Source: Candidatus Peribacteria bacterium RIFCSPHIGHO2_02_FULL_53_20
GTDB lineage: Bacteria > Patescibacteriota > Gracilibacteria > Peribacterales > Peribacteraceae
Length of the DNA stretch: 43,600 bases
Direction of reading: 5' to 3'
NCBI GenBank assembly: GCA_001787585.1
Contig: MFXW01000005.1
Location: 1-43,600 of the forward strand
Below are positions 42,533 to 43,600 of the stretch, piece after piece. The position numbers and the translations under genes are program-made. The first letter of the stretch is position 1; every line of letters starts with the position of its first letter. The notes below the pieces were generated by a model that was not told where the DNA came from, searched no databases, and was given only the letters and a program-made list of their open reading frames with translations.

Positions 42533-43060
42533 ATGGCCCTCACTAAAGTACAGAAGCAGGCACAGCTCACCGAGCTTAAAGACAAGATGAAAAAGGCGCA
42601 GTCGGTGATCTTCGCCCATTACATCGGTCTCACCGTGGGTGATGTCACAGCACTCCGTGGCAAACTTAAGGAAGGAAAGGCAGAGATGAAAGTCGCGAAG
42701 AAAACCTTGATGCGCATTGCCGCAAAAGAAGTCGGACTTCCCGAAATCGGAGATAGCGCGCTCGACGGTCCCGTCGCCTGCATCTTCAGTTTCGAAGATC
42801 CGCTCACAGGCGCCCAGATCGCCTTCAAGTTCGCCAAAGACCACAACCAAATCGCTCTCATCGGCGGCATCTACGATGGCAAAGCGCTCAGCAAGGATGA
42901 AGCCGTCGCGATGGCGAAGATGCCGGGGCGCTTAGAGCTCCTGGGAATCTTCGCCGGCATGATCCAGTCACCACTCCGATCCTTTGCCAGTATCTGCAAC
43001 TCACCGCTTACTGGATTTGCCCGTGCATTGAGTGAAGTCGCCAAGAAAAAGTCGACGTAA
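42533..43060 (+). CDS. rplJ: 50S ribosomal protein L10
   Basis: MALTKVQKQAQLTELKDKMKKAQSVIFAHYIGLTVGDVTALRGKLKEGKAEMKVAKKTL is the typical L10 N-terminus. Followed by rplL. Confidence 0.92.
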   Translation: MALTKVQKQAQLTELKDKMKKAQSVIFAHYIGLTVGDVTALRGKLKEGKAEMKVAKKTLMRIAAKEVGLPEIGDSALDGPVACIFSFEDPLTGAQIAFKFAKDHNQIALIGGIYDGKALSKDEAVAMAKMPGRLELLGIFAGMIQSPLRSFASICNSPLTGFARALSEVAKKKST

Positions 43061-43066
43061 CCCATT

Positions 43067-43109
43067 CCTACGCCCTACGCCCTACCCCCTACTTCCCTAC
43101 CCCCTATTC
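43067..43109. repeat. Six tandem CCTAC/CCTAT heptamer-like units in the rplJ-rplL spacer
   Basis: CCTAC starts at 43067, 43074, 43081, 43088 and 43096, and CCTAT at 43103. The tract has only two G residues and runs up to the rplL ATG. Confidence 0.85.
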
Positions 43110-43111
43110 CC

Positions 43112-43513
43112 ATGGCAGACGCCGCAGCAACGCTCACAAAAGAAGAGCAAGCAGTGATCGACGCACTGGAAAAACTGAATGTCGTTTCTCTCAATAACGT
43201 CGTGAAATTCATGGAGACGACGTACGGAATTTCCGCAGCCGCTCCTGTCGCTGCCGCAGCCGCTCCCGCCGCAGGCGCCGGTGCAGCCGCAGAAGACGAG
43301 AAGAGCTCCTACAATGTGGAGCTTGCCGATAGTGGCGCGCAGAAGATCGCCGTTATCAAAGTCGTCCGTGAAATCACGGGCTGGCCTCTTGGCGATGCCA
43401 AGGCAGCAACCGATGCTCCGCCAAAGGTACTGAAGGAGAACGTTCCCAAAGCCGAGGCCGAGGTGATGAAGAAGAAGCTCGAAGCTGCGGGGGCGAAGGT
43501 GAATTTGAAATAA
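43112..43513 (+). CDS. rplL: 50S ribosomal protein L7/L12
   Basis: Ala/Pro hinge AAAPVAAAAAPAAGAGAAAE followed by KIAVIKVVREITGWPLGDAKAATD...EAEVMKKKLEAAGAKVNLK. Confidence 0.95.
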   Translation: MADAAATLTKEEQAVIDALEKLNVVSLNNVVKFMETTYGISAAAPVAAAAAPAAGAGAAAEDEKSSYNVELADSGAQKIAVIKVVREITGWPLGDAKAATDAPPKVLKENVPKAEAEVMKKKLEAAGAKVNLK

Positions 43514-43536
43514 GGGCACAAGAACCAAGGGTGCAA

Positions 43537-43583
43537 GGGCACAAGATTGCGCCCTTGCGCCCTTTTGATTTGTGCCCTTTTTC
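43537..43583 (+). terminator. Rho-independent terminator after rplL
   Basis: GGGCACAA (43537-43544; another copy at 43514-43521) pairs with TTGTGCCC (43570-43577), followed by TTTTT. An inner GCAAGGGC/GCCCTTGC helix is also possible. Confidence 0.6.
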
Positions 43584-43600
43584 TAATACACTGATTTTCA

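Noticed and set aside
1-43600. CRISPR arrays, rRNA genes, reverse transcriptases or alternative (UGA-recoded) genetic code
   Set aside because: None seen. All tandem repeats are 7-15 nt without spacers. The long motif-supported ORFs close with standard stops, including TGA (secF, tig, helicase), so code 11 fits.

Overview
Bacterial window, called from trigger factor, SecF, rplJ-rplL and a long RelA/SpoT homologue. It may come from an uncultivated (CPR-like) lineage, but that is a guess. The standard genetic code fits, since TGA is used as a stop. Shine-Dalgarno motifs are rare, so start codons are uncertain; several first-M positions in the ORF track are GTG or TTG, and I moved those starts to internal ATGs where sensible.

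The window splits in two:

(A) Bases 1-22.3 kb are accessory DNA.
- Small free-standing nuclease and hypothetical genes lie at 1-1.2 kb.
- A mobile-element remnant covers 1.3-8.0 kb: hypothetical protein, ParB-DNA methylase fusion, a second methylase, terminase small and large subunits, and a large serine recombinase.
- A visibly more A+T-rich block (judged by eye, not computed) covers 9.3-22.2 kb and carries three candidate defence cassettes:
  (i) a wHTH + TIR/NDT-like protein, a PLD-SNF2 helicase fusion, a 1044-aa Eco57I-like N6A methylase, a DUF4238 protein and a Cas4-like nuclease;
  (ii) a PD-(D/E)XK-like protein plus an HD(SpoT-type)-zeta-kinase-Zn-ribbon fusion;
  (iii) an operon of a 48-aa Zn-ribbon ORF absent from the track, a DUF4062 protein and a multi-TM protein.
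- tRNA-Arg(UCU) and tRNA-Ala(UGC) bracket cassettes ii and iii with their 3' ends facing inward.

(B) Bases 22.3-43.6 kb are more G+C-rich core genes.
- Genes: two tandem archaeal-type PurP paralogues, a Trx/DsbD-like membrane protein, tRNA-Cys, a lipoprotein, an 840-aa Big/FN3 surface protein, a PfkB kinase, a TPR protein, DUF559, SecF, trigger factor, an S51 peptidase, RelA, L10 and L12.
- These are interspersed with unusually many structured intergenic elements: a roughly 450-nt GC-rich non-coding block containing a 109-nt hairpin, a two-hairpin repeat family with compensatory changes, interleaved inverted repeats, and short tandem repeats of period 7, 8, 9 and 14 upstream of genes.

All domain calls rest on motifs read by eye from the translations. 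No searches or computations were run.
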